DNA of 64,000 nt from Dehalococcoidia bacterium (GTDB taxonomy: Bacteria > Chloroflexota > Dehalococcoidia > UBA6926): contig JBJKVP010000004.1 of NCBI GenBank assembly GCA_045562535.1, positions 77,070-141,069 of the forward strand. The letters are read 5' to 3'. Positions 49,083 to 58,471 of this stretch are shown piece after piece (the first letter of the stretch is position 1; every line of letters begins with the position of its first letter). The translations under genes and the position numbers were made by a program. The notes beneath the pieces were generated by a model, which did no database searches, was not told the DNA's origin, and was given only the letters and a program-made list of their open reading frames with translations.

Positions 49083-49718
49083 TTGTCTAGTAATTCAATA
49101 AATCAAAAAGCAAGGATAGGGATTCTTGCCCTCCAAGGAGATTTTAATGAGCATGCAGCGGTACTATATAAAATGGGTTGCGCCGCTATTCACGAGGTAA
49201 GGCTACCAAAAGACTTAGACAATATAGATGGATTAATTATCCCAGGTGGAGAAAGCACCACAATGTCTAAGTTAATCGAGAATTATGATTTTCGCAGTTC
49301 CCTTATCGAGTTCCACGGAAAAAATAAACCCATATGGGGAACATGTGCCGGCACGATATTAATTGCAAAAGAAGTAACGGGTTTAGAGCCATGGAAACCG
49401 TTAGATTTAATAGATATTTCTGTTCAAAGAAACGGTTACGGACGTCAATTAGATAGCTTTCAAACTAATTTAACAATTAGTAACCTCAAGCCACCGACTC
49501 CTTTTGTAGGAGTATTTATTCGAGCCCCGAAGATCAATGGTATAGGCACAGGAGTCGAAACATTATCTACTTTAAACGCCAAGGAACCTGTCGCCGTAAA
49601 ACAGAATAATGTTATTGCTACAACATTCCATCCTGAGTTGACAGGAGATTCCCGATTCCACCAATTATTTTTAGACCTAGTGTCCAATAATTTATTAGAT
49701 CAACTTCATCAGAAATAG
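49083..49718 (+). CDS. pdxT: Pyridoxal 5'-phosphate synthase glutaminase subunit (TTG start)
   Basis: IGILALQGDF start, GTCAG Cys nucleophile, HPE triad. Confidence 0.9.
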   Translation: MSSNSINQKARIGILALQGDFNEHAAVLYKMGCAAIHEVRLPKDLDNIDGLIIPGGESTTMSKLIENYDFRSSLIEFHGKNKPIWGTCAGTILIAKEVTGLEPWKPLDLIDISVQRNGYGRQLDSFQTNLTISNLKPPTPFVGVFIRAPKINGIGTGVETLSTLNAKEPVAVKQNNVIATTFHPELTGDSRFHQLFLDLVSNNLLDQLHQK

Positions 49719-49742
49719 AACAAACCCTGTAGTAAGGCAATT

Positions 49743-50693
49743 ATGTTACACACTGTTTATCCAAAAGATGTATCGGGATTACTAGGGTTAGGTATACATC
49801 AAGGGGTTAATTTAGCTATGCCTTACAGCGATTTCCATAACCAAGGATCTAGGAATTTTGCTTGGCAAACACTTTCTTCAATAATCAGAGAGAAAAATAA
49901 AAATATACAATCAATTCTAGTAACTGATGGGTTGCAAAATTCCAGTTTGCTAACATTGGAAAACGCACATCAATCTCCTACATGGGAGATAAAATTATTA
50001 CTAATTGAAGCAATACATTTAGATATACTAGCAAAACTGTTGTCAGAGGCTATCAATATTAGTATCCGCAACAATGGTAGAAGAATATTACTAAGAGTCG
50101 GATCACAATCCAGGCTTGCCCAAAAAGTTACTTTACATGGGTTTAGATCATATTCAACAGAAAATTACTATTTATCAAATAATGATCAACATCGATCTAA
50201 GCTAAGCCAAAATGCCGAAAGTAATCACTTGAGTTTCAGAAATAAAGAACAAAAAGACGATTACCCGCTTTTTACTTTATACAACAAAGTTATGCCCTAC
50301 AAAATGCGATTAGCAGAAGGATTAACTTTTGAACATTGGATAGAAACTATAAATAGCCAGTGGACAGGTGCAGAATTTACAAAGGACATTGTTTTTACAA
50401 AAGATAATTTAATTCAAGGGTGGGTTAGATTTGCTAAATTTAGCAAGGATCATAGCCTTACAAAATTAATGCTGGCAATGCCAGAAGATATAAATTTTGA
50501 CCCTTTTTATATCGCTCGATTGAATTTGAAACTAGTGCCTAAAGCAACCTTTATATCACTACCGGTCGATTCCAATATTTCACATACTCAGATGGGATCT
50601 TGGGGGTATAAATATCACGGTAGTTACATTAATTTAGTTAGAGAATTTGGCAAAACCGTGCCAGAAAGCATCTTTGCCGCGGCTAGTTTGTAG
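49743..50693 (+). CDS. Hypothetical protein (316 aa), no recognisable domain
   Basis: Long ORF with good coding appearance, tightly followed (25 nt) by the SpoIIIAA/Ycf45-like ATPase gene. Confidence 0.4.
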   Translation: MLHTVYPKDVSGLLGLGIHQGVNLAMPYSDFHNQGSRNFAWQTLSSIIREKNKNIQSILVTDGLQNSSLLTLENAHQSPTWEIKLLLIEAIHLDILAKLLSEAINISIRNNGRRILLRVGSQSRLAQKVTLHGFRSYSTENYYLSNNDQHRSKLSQNAESNHLSFRNKEQKDDYPLFTLYNKVMPYKMRLAEGLTFEHWIETINSQWTGAEFTKDIVFTKDNLIQGWVRFAKFSKDHSLTKLMLAMPEDINFDPFYIARLNLKLVPKATFISLPVDSNISHTQMGSWGYKYHGSYINLVREFGKTVPESIFAAASL

Positions 50694-50718
50694 TAGTATT
50701 TAGGGGGGGATAATTAAA

Positions 50719-52299
50719 TTGCTTGAACTGTTTAAAGAAAACAATAATGTAGCCAATGATCTGGACATTCTTTTTACATGTATACCAGATGAAATCGCTT
50801 CAGTACTAACAAACGAACCACGAAATAATGATTTGATTGAAATCATTATGGATCTTGGTCGACCACCAAAAGCTCGGTTCCCCGAAGGCGAAGAAATTAT
50901 TCTGGATATAGAAATTACAAAAACCCATCTTAACTACGTGGCCGGTAAAATAGGTCCTTTCAATGATGATAATAGAGCTGGTATAGAACGCACATTGCAC
51001 CGTATATCGGCGATGCGTAATAGGCAAAACGAGATAATCGCTTTAACTTTAAGAGTTGGTCGAGCAATTTTTGGAACCATAAAAATCATAGATGATTTAG
51101 TTAGTTCAAATAGTAATTTATTACTCCTTGGCCCACCAGGAATAGGTAAAACCACAATGTTGAGGGAAGTAGCAAGAGTCCTAGCAGATGATCTTAATAA
51201 AAGAGTTGTAATAGTAGATACTTCAAACGAAATTGCAGGCGATGGAGATATTCCTCACCCTTCCATAGGTAAATCAAGAAGAATGCAAGTACCTCAACCA
51301 AGTTTACAGCATAAAGTAATGATAGAGGCCGTAGAAAATCATACCCCTGAGATAATCATAATAGATGAGATCGGTACTGAAGCAGAGGCAGCTGCAGCTC
51401 GAACTATAGCCGAACGTGGGGTCAAATTAATAGGTACTGCCCACGGCACTAGCTTAGATAATTTAGTACGCAATCCAACTTTAGCCGACTTAATTGGAGG
51501 GATCCATGCAGTAACTCTTGGAGACGACGAAGCAAAAAGAAGACGCACCCAGAAAACTGTCTTGGAAAGAAAGTCTGCTCCGACCTTCAATGTTGTTGTA
51601 GAGTTAAATAGTAGATCACAAGTATCCGTGCATTCCAATGTTTCCAAAACAGTGGATATGATGTTAAGAGGTGCAGTCATTAAACCTCAGATTCGTCTCA
51701 TAAACGAAAAGGGTAAAATAGAGCATATCGACGATGATCAATCTGATTTACTAAAAGAAGCTTACCAATCTGATCTCGAGGAACAATTTGATGAATCATT
51801 TGAATCTGAAAACAAAAGATCTGCGATCTCTGTATTTCCCTACGGAGTTGTAAAATCAAAACTAGAAGATTCTATGAGTGATCAAAAAATACCTTTTGTA
51901 GTTGCAAATGATTTATCTAAAACAGATGTGGTCCTTACTACTAAGCAAATGTACAAGAAACGTTCCGATCTAATCAAATCTGCTGAATCAAACGGAATAC
52001 CAGTTATTGTGCTGCGGCGAAACACTCCTAATCAGATCAAAGATGCACTTAGAACTTTGGTTGATAAAAGCGTTACGGAAGATGTTATTGGTACTATATT
52101 AGATAACACTTCACAAAGTTTATTAGCTTTAATCTCAGGAGAAGTAAACGAGATCGAGTTGAGTCCACAAAATTCATATGTCCGAAAATTGCAGCATCAA
52201 TTAGCTGAAAAAGAGCACCTTTATTCCTTCTCTTCTGGACGTGAACCCAACCGAAGGGTTAAGGTCTTCCGCCAATCAATAAAGCAAGATAATAGATAG
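50719..52299 (+). CDS. SpoIIIAA/Ycf45-family AAA ATPase with C-terminal R3H-like nucleic-acid-binding region
   Basis: Walker A GPPGIGKTT and Walker B IIIIDEIGT. The N-terminal region resembles SpoIIIAA (DLGRPPKARF...LRVGRAIFGT). The C-terminal about 200 aa are basic/acidic and resemble Ycf45 tails. Confidence 0.5.
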   Translation: MLELFKENNNVANDLDILFTCIPDEIASVLTNEPRNNDLIEIIMDLGRPPKARFPEGEEIILDIEITKTHLNYVAGKIGPFNDDNRAGIERTLHRISAMRNRQNEIIALTLRVGRAIFGTIKIIDDLVSSNSNLLLLGPPGIGKTTMLREVARVLADDLNKRVVIVDTSNEIAGDGDIPHPSIGKSRRMQVPQPSLQHKVMIEAVENHTPEIIIIDEIGTEAEAAAARTIAERGVKLIGTAHGTSLDNLVRNPTLADLIGGIHAVTLGDDEAKRRRTQKTVLERKSAPTFNVVVELNSRSQVSVHSNVSKTVDMMLRGAVIKPQIRLINEKGKIEHIDDDQSDLLKEAYQSDLEEQFDESFESENKRSAISVFPYGVVKSKLEDSMSDQKIPFVVANDLSKTDVVLTTKQMYKKRSDLIKSAESNGIPVIVLRRNTPNQIKDALRTLVDKSVTEDVIGTILDNTSQSLLALISGEVNEIELSPQNSYVRKLQHQLAEKEHLYSFSSGREPNRRVKVFRQSIKQDNR

Positions 52300-52306
52300 G
52301 TTTAAT

Positions 52307-52960
52307 ATGTTCATAACTTTTGAGGGAGGGGAAGGCGCTGGAAAATCATCTCAAGTAGATCTATTGGGAGAATCGATCAAAGAGAAAGGGTACGATGTCA
52401 AGTTACTTCATGAGCCGGGCGGGACCCCTTTGGGAGAAATGATCTATTCTTGGATCAGTGACCCGGATAGTAGGGTACTAAAGCGTCTATATAGCCGCTG
52501 GTCCTCTTCCCAAAAAGCAACTCATCTAGATAGCCTTGCAGAGCTTTTCCTTTTTGAATCCGCCAGAGCTCAATTAGTAAATCAAGTGATAAAGCCTTCG
52601 TTAGAACAGGGGCAAGTAGTAATTTGTGATAGATTTTCAGATTCAACTATAGCTTACCAAGGCTACGGTAGAGGACTCGAAATAGACCACGTACGGCGGA
52701 TCAATGATATAGCAACTGGCGGATTAAAACCCGATTTAACGATACTACTAGATGTTCCTCCAAAAATTGGCCTGCAAAGAACTCGTGGAAAAAATCATAG
52801 AATGGAGAATGAAGGCCTATTATTTCATGATAAAGTTCGCAAAGGATACGATGCGATCTCCTCTGAAGAGCCTGAAAGGTTCTTTATCTTAGATGGAACG
52901 AAAGACAAAAATTACATCCAAGCAGCGATATGGGAAAGAGTATCTCAGGACCTAATTTAG
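52307..52960 (+). CDS. tmk: Thymidylate kinase
   Basis: MFITFEGGEGAGKSSQ P-loop, a DRF-like motif (CDRFSDST), and the lid region. Confidence 0.85.
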   Translation: MFITFEGGEGAGKSSQVDLLGESIKEKGYDVKLLHEPGGTPLGEMIYSWISDPDSRVLKRLYSRWSSSQKATHLDSLAELFLFESARAQLVNQVIKPSLEQGQVVICDRFSDSTIAYQGYGRGLEIDHVRRINDIATGGLKPDLTILLDVPPKIGLQRTRGKNHRMENEGLLFHDKVRKGYDAISSEEPERFFILDGTKDKNYIQAAIWERVSQDLI

Positions 52961-53011
52961 TTTAACTATAATTTTCTGGCAAAATAGATAAGCACAAGGA
53001 GAAAATATCTT

Positions 53012-54058
53012 ATGCCCAGTTTGTTCGACCCAGTACAATTCCGATCTATAACATTGCGTAATCGAATAGGTGTATCGCCGATGTGCCAGTATTCAGCGAC
53101 GAGCGATGGGTCAGCAACTAACTGGCATCTGGTACATTTAGGATCTCGGGCAGTCGGTGGAGCCGGACTAATTATGACCGAGATGACCTCTGTAGAAAGT
53201 AAAGGCCGTTTGAGCCACAAAGATCTCGGAATATACGATGATATACATATTGAACCCTTAAAACAGATTGTAGACTTTGTACATGCTCAAGGAGCATCAA
53301 TTGGAATGCAGTTGGGTCACTCAGGCAGGAAAGCTTGGACATCCTCAAAAGGAGCTGACTCACTAGAAAGATTAGTTGCGCCAAGTGCTATAAATTTTGA
53401 CCAGGGATGGAAAACACCAGATCCTCTAACTGAAAACGAGATATCAGGCATAGTCGAGAACTATACTCAAGCTGCTATTCGAGCGGATAAAGCTGGATTT
53501 GATGGTCTAGAAATTCACGCAGCTCATGGTTATTTAGTCCACCAATTCTTATCCCCATTATCCAACGTACGAAATGATTCATTTGGTGGTAAGTTCGAAA
53601 ATAGAATCCGCTTTTTAACAACGATTGTGTCGGAAATAAGGCGTGTCCTACCTAAAGAAAAATTTTTGGCTGTTCGCATATCTTGCACAGATTGGATTGA
53701 TGGTGGTTGGGATCTTGATGAATCGATTAAATTAGCTAGACAATTGAGTACTTTAGGTGTCGACTTCATAGACTGTTCTTCGGGAGGATTATCACCTCAA
53801 CAGAACATTCCTGTCGGTCCAGGGTATCAAGTGCCTTTTTCTGAAGCAATAAAAAAACAAGCTAACATCGACACTGCAGCCGTTGGAATGATAACTACAT
53901 CAACTTTCGCGGATCAAATAATAAAAGACAACAAAGCGGATATTGTGTTCTTGGGTAGAGAATCACTTAGAAACCCTCAGTTTGCTTTAACAGCATCAAA
54001 CGATTTAGATCATCTGATTGACTACTGGCCCGACCAATATAGATTGGCAAGACCATAA
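53012..54058 (+). CDS. NADH:flavin oxidoreductase, Old Yellow Enzyme family (YqjM/NamA-like)
   Basis: SPMCQY, HAAHGYL and GGK motifs of the OYE TIM barrel. Confidence 0.85.
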   Translation: MPSLFDPVQFRSITLRNRIGVSPMCQYSATSDGSATNWHLVHLGSRAVGGAGLIMTEMTSVESKGRLSHKDLGIYDDIHIEPLKQIVDFVHAQGASIGMQLGHSGRKAWTSSKGADSLERLVAPSAINFDQGWKTPDPLTENEISGIVENYTQAAIRADKAGFDGLEIHAAHGYLVHQFLSPLSNVRNDSFGGKFENRIRFLTTIVSEIRRVLPKEKFLAVRISCTDWIDGGWDLDESIKLARQLSTLGVDFIDCSSGGLSPQQNIPVGPGYQVPFSEAIKKQANIDTAAVGMITTSTFADQIIKDNKADIVFLGRESLRNPQFALTASNDLDHLIDYWPDQYRLARP

Positions 54059-54124
54059 CTGTTTTATCAGTTGAAAAATACATGAGCTCAAACTGTGAGA
54101 AATAAATTTAGTCAGGGGTAACTT

Positions 54125-54646
54125 TTGGACAATTTACATCAAATATTAATGCCCTTCATGAAGGTCATTCACATAATTGCGGGTGTTTTCTGGGTAGGCA
54201 CGATCGCCTTTCTAACCTTGGTCTTGGAACCTCACTACCGTAAACAAGGTAGAAACATACTGCGAAACCAGATGACATCTATTTTACCAGTAATGGGCCC
54301 GTTTCTACTCGTAGCAACAATACTGAGTGTAATATCTGGCGCTGCGATGATTTATATACTAGGTTATTCTTGGGTAACAACATTAAACGGGCAAATAATT
54401 ATTATTGGTGCTATTGCCGCTATTGTCGCTTTTTTTGTTGGCGATATTTGGGTCAGAATTGAACGAAATAGATTACGTGATTATGGAGAACAACTCGCGA
54501 TACAAACTTTAGAAGGTAACCCGCCTGGGGCCGAAGAATCAAACAAAGTAAAACGCTTGGAAGACCGTCTTTGGTTTATTGGACGGCTGAACTTCGGTAT
54601 ATTATTAGTTGCACTAACGTGTATGGCCATAGCACAGTATCTATAA
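54125..54646 (+). CDS. CopD/HemJ-like small membrane protein (paralog of 19142..19654)
   Basis: The N-terminal HIIAGVFWVGTIAF parallels HVMATITWIGGNIIF of the other gene; about 4 TM. Confidence 0.35.
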   Translation: MDNLHQILMPFMKVIHIIAGVFWVGTIAFLTLVLEPHYRKQGRNILRNQMTSILPVMGPFLLVATILSVISGAAMIYILGYSWVTTLNGQIIIIGAIAAIVAFFVGDIWVRIERNRLRDYGEQLAIQTLEGNPPGAEESNKVKRLEDRLWFIGRLNFGILLVALTCMAIAQYL

Positions 54647-54658
54647 CTACCGGGGGGG

Positions 54659-55156
54659 ATGATGGAATCAATAGATAGAACAATCGTTGTAGAAAATCAA
54701 ATTGAAATCGAAGGACAACCACCTTTTGTTTGGAATATTTTTAGAGATCTGGAAAATTGGCCGGTTTGGAATTCTGTTTGTACCAATGCTATTTGGTTGG
54801 ATGGACCCTCATGGGTACAAGGTTCCAAATTTAACACAAAAATAGAAATTGGTAATGAATTAGTGGACCAAGAAGCAAAGTTGCTTAACTCTGATATTCC
54901 TTGGGTAATAGAGTGGGTCAGTATCAATAATGAATTCGAGGAAAAACGTAAATTTGAATTGGATTGGCGGGGTAGAATCACTATAGTAATAGATACAATC
55001 ACTTTAGAATTTAAATCTGATCCAACAAACACTGGAGAACTAACCTCTAGGTATAAAGAAATGTCTGATCAGTGGCTATTAGACTTAAAAAAAGAGGTTA
55101 AGAAAAACGGCGACAAATTGTGGAACCTCAGTGCAGCTGAACGCCCCAGAAACTAA
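54659..55156 (+). CDS. SRPBCC-family (Bet v1 / polyketide-cyclase-like) protein
   Basis: 165 aa, with the IEIEGQPPFVWNIFRDLENWPVWNS pattern typical of SRPBCC ligand-binding proteins. Confidence 0.55.
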   Translation: MMESIDRTIVVENQIEIEGQPPFVWNIFRDLENWPVWNSVCTNAIWLDGPSWVQGSKFNTKIEIGNELVDQEAKLLNSDIPWVIEWVSINNEFEEKRKFELDWRGRITIVIDTITLEFKSDPTNTGELTSRYKEMSDQWLLDLKKEVKKNGDKLWNLSAAERPRN

Positions 55157-55170
55157 ATCCTGATCATAAA

Positions 55171-55944
55171 TTATTTAATGTAAGCAGCAACAACAGTAAT
55201 ATTATCCTCTGAAGGCTTTTGGTTTGCTATAGCAATTAACTGCTCACACAACCTTTGGGAACTATCATGATTATTAACCATTATTTGTTTTATCTCAGAA
55301 TCGCCCAAGGATTCTGTTAAACCATCGGTACATACAATAATTCTATTACCTTTTCCAATATCTAGATGTGTTATATGCGGTTTGACACTCAATGTTAATC
55401 CCAATACTTGGGTCATTACTCGCCCCCAAGTCTCTCGTAATCCAGATATATTGAAACCTCTTTCCGATAGTTCCGTTAAATATGAATCTTGAGAGAAGAC
55501 CCTTTGAAGCTCATCAGAACCCATTACATATATTAAGCTATCACCCAGTGCTCCACAGTGAATAGTTTGAGGTTCAATATTGTTAAAAACCACAGCAGCT
55601 ATGGTCGTTGCGTAGGAATCTGCAGCTGTCTCGGCATCTTCAAGCAATCTTCTATTAGTTTCTAATATGGCTTTTTCAAGAATTGGCCCGATTTGTTCAA
55701 CAAAAGATACTTTGATTGAGTCGTGACTAATAATATCAGCAAAAAATGCTGCGGCTTTCCGTGCCGCAATATCTCCATTGGGAATACCACTTGCCCCATC
55801 AAAAACAGCAACAACTGATTCACACCAACTAGGAAGTACCTGCTCATTTGAACGAATAATTAACAATGCGTCCTCGTTCTGAGAGCGCTTTCTCCCAATA
55901 TCTGTTATACCTGATATTTCTATTTCATCGATCATTATGCGCAA
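55171..55944 (-). CDS. PP2C-family Ser/Thr protein phosphatase
   Basis: Motif DIGRKRSQNEDA near the N-terminus and metal-binding DGASG and DGLT motifs. Confidence 0.8.
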   Translation of the reverse strand: MRIMIDEIEISGITDIGRKRSQNEDALLIIRSNEQVLPSWCESVVAVFDGASGIPNGDIAARKAAAFFADIISHDSIKVSFVEQIGPILEKAILETNRRLLEDAETAADSYATTIAAVVFNNIEPQTIHCGALGDSLIYVMGSDELQRVFSQDSYLTELSERGFNISGLRETWGRVMTQVLGLTLSVKPHITHLDIGKGNRIIVCTDGLTESLGDSEIKQIMVNNHDSSQRLCEQLIAIANQKPSEDNITVVAAYIK

Positions 55945-55965
55945 TTCATTTAGCCCAACAGAATC

Positions 55966-56712
55966 CTATCTACCCGGCAACTGCTCTCTGGGACCTACTT
56001 GCTCTATAATCCATCCAATTAATTTCTCATAAAGGTCTTCTTTAATTTCATTCAATCCGTGGCCTGCTTTTTCGTAAATAACAAGTTCTTTTGGTTCTTT
56101 CGCCCAGTCATAAATACGTTGCGCATCAGAATACGGCAATACTTGATCCGATTTACCATGGATCACCAGTAGATTACGAGGTGCGATTTCAGAAACATCT
56201 TGGGCACCGAAAGTCTGTCCAGCCAGAGAGGCGACAGAAGTTACAAGGTTCGAGAAATTAGCAGACTTAATCGCAACTGCGCCGTTAGAAGAATGGCCGA
56301 CAAGGGCGATTCTGGCGGCGCCTATACCTTTTAAAAATGAAATAGCCGCTAATGTATCCCCAACGCATTCCACAAAGATATCTGGTTTGCGCTGCCCTAC
56401 TCTCATAGAAGTTACTCCTTTTTCAGCTAATTCTTTAGCAAGGTTCTCATAAATACCTCCTGCGGGTCCTTTCAAATCAGAACCTCCTCCAATAAACATA
56501 ACAACACCATCTTGACCTTCACATGGGTGTAATATCGCAGGAGTATTCCCTCTATTTGTCTCCATTACTATTTCAACAGTTCCATCCTCACGGGGTTCCG
56601 CTGAAACTCCTTTAAAATTTATTACGAGGTCATCTTCTCGAATTTCGTCATTAGATTTGGAGGAATCATTCAAATGACCGTTGCTATCAGCTGGTCCTTT
56701 CGAACTCGTCAT
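55966..56712 (-). CDS. Alpha/beta-hydrolase (dienelactone-hydrolase-like)
   Basis: GHSSNG nucleophile elbow (G-x-S-x-G), with a C-terminal His in the GHGL motif. Confidence 0.6.
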   Translation of the reverse strand: MTSSKGPADSNGHLNDSSKSNDEIREDDLVINFKGVSAEPREDGTVEIVMETNRGNTPAILHPCEGQDGVVMFIGGGSDLKGPAGGIYENLAKELAEKGVTSMRVGQRKPDIFVECVGDTLAAISFLKGIGAARIALVGHSSNGAVAIKSANFSNLVTSVASLAGQTFGAQDVSEIAPRNLLVIHGKSDQVLPYSDAQRIYDWAKEPKELVIYEKAGHGLNEIKEDLYEKLIGWIIEQVGPREQLPGR

Positions 56713-56756
56713 AATCGATTACCTCCATTTTAATCTGCTAGATTAGTTCTCAAGCA

Positions 56757-57953
56757 TCAATTATTATTAGTCTGCTTCTCTACGAATCTTCCAATACGGA
56801 AAATTGCCTCTTTAATATCCTCTACGCTTGCAGCATAGCAGCATCTTATAAAGCCTTCTCCGGATGGGCCAAAAACATTCCCCGGGACAACTGCGACTCG
56901 CTCTTCCAATAATAATTTCTCTGCAAAAGATTCAGAGGATAACCCTGTACTCTTTATTGATGGAAAAGCATAAAAGGCACCATCAGGCTCAACGCAATCT
57001 AATCCAATATTATTTAATCCACTCAAAAGCAATCTTCTTCGCATAGCATAAGCATCCAGCATCTCGGTTAAACTATTTTCACCGTTTGTTAATGCTTCCT
57101 TTGCTGCATATTGAGCAACTGTAGGGGCAGACATCATAGTGTATTGATGCAATTTAGTCATTCCCGCTAGGATTTCTTCTGGCCCTGTCGCATATCCAAT
57201 TCTCCAACCGGTCATAGCGTAGGATTTTGAAAATCCATTAAGAGTTACAGTTCTTTCAAACATTCCCGGTAAAGAAGCGAAGTGAACAAACGAATCCTTA
57301 TTACCATAAATTAAGCGATCGTATATCTCATCTGCTATCACAACCAGATCATTATCAATAACAAATTCAGCTATTTGAGAAAGTACTTCTTTGCTGATAA
57401 CAGTTCCTGTAGGGTTGTTAGGGTTATTGATCAGTAATACTCGTGTTTTATCTGTCAGATTACTTTCTAAATCTTTTACACTTGGAATGAATTTATTTTC
57501 CATCGAAGTGTTAATTCCAATAAACTCTCCTCCAGCCATATGAACTATTGGACCATATGCTACAAATGAAGGTTCTGGAACCATTATTTCATCACCGACT
57601 TCCGTAAGAGTTCTAACGGCGAGATCTAGCCCTTCACTTACACCAACTGTCACCAGAATCTCAGTATTGGGATCGTATGATTTACCCATTCTGTTTTTCA
57701 GATGTTTAGATAGCTCTCTTCGAAGATCTAAAGATCCATTGTTAGATGTATAGTGAGTATGGCCACGTTCAATAGAATAGATTGCAGCTTCGCGAATATT
57801 CCAAGGGGTTATAAAGTCGGGCTCTCCAACCCCCAAAGATATGATGTCGTCGGATGATGCTATAAGATCAAAAAATTTTCTGATACCAGAGGATGGAATG
57901 CTATCAACTCTGCTAGATACTCTCGAATATTTATTAGTCGTTGTTTCTGACAT
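56757..57953 (-). CDS. Pyridoxal-phosphate-dependent aminotransferase, class I/II (aspartate aminotransferase family)
   Basis: 398 aa. NPNNPTG motif and the PLP lysine block (SFSKSYAMTGWR). Confidence 0.85.
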   Translation of the reverse strand: MSETTTNKYSRVSSRVDSIPSSGIRKFFDLIASSDDIISLGVGEPDFITPWNIREAAIYSIERGHTHYTSNNGSLDLRRELSKHLKNRMGKSYDPNTEILVTVGVSEGLDLAVRTLTEVGDEIMVPEPSFVAYGPIVHMAGGEFIGINTSMENKFIPSVKDLESNLTDKTRVLLINNPNNPTGTVISKEVLSQIAEFVIDNDLVVIADEIYDRLIYGNKDSFVHFASLPGMFERTVTLNGFSKSYAMTGWRIGYATGPEEILAGMTKLHQYTMMSAPTVAQYAAKEALTNGENSLTEMLDAYAMRRRLLLSGLNNIGLDCVEPDGAFYAFPSIKSTGLSSESFAEKLLLEERVAVVPGNVFGPSGEGFIRCCYAASVEDIKEAIFRIGRFVEKQTNNN

Positions 57954-57970
57954 GATCTACATATAGAAGG

Positions 57971-58453
57971 TTAAAGAGAAACCGGAAGGCGTCCCTCAGA
58001 CGTATCATCTCCTCCAATAAGCGTACCGTCCTCTTTGTATCGCTTTAGCACAAATCGGGTTGATGTACCTTGGACCGCGTCAATAGTAGATAAAGTATTC
58101 GTTACGAAATTTGATATGTCATATATGTTTTTACCTTCTATTTGAGCAGAAAGATCATAGTCACCCGAAACTAAATGCATAGACTTTACTTCAGGAAAAC
58201 GGGCTATTCTCATAGCAATCGCATCAAAACCTACATCTCTTTGGGGAGCTATTTTGACCTCTATGATCGCAAGTACTGGACCATCTCCTATTTTACCCCA
58301 ATCGATTTGAGTCTTGTACGAAAGAATTATTTTATCCTTTTCAGCTTTGGTGATTAACTCTCTAACTTCTTCTTCTTTCAAGCCAGTGAGTTCTGATATT
58401 TGAGTTGCATCGATACGACCATTGTTCTCGAGGATCCGGAGTATTTCTTCCAT
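57971..58453 (-). CDS. Lrp/AsnC-family transcriptional regulator
   Basis: 160 aa. An N-terminal HTH (ISELTGLKEEEVRELI) plus a C-terminal RAM domain. Confidence 0.8.
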   Translation of the reverse strand: MEEILRILENNGRIDATQISELTGLKEEEVRELITKAEKDKIILSYKTQIDWGKIGDGPVLAIIEVKIAPQRDVGFDAIAMRIARFPEVKSMHLVSGDYDLSAQIEGKNIYDISNFVTNTLSTIDAVQGTSTRFVLKRYKEDGTLIGGDDTSEGRLPVSL

Positions 58454-58471
58454 AATAACTTCCTTAATGAC

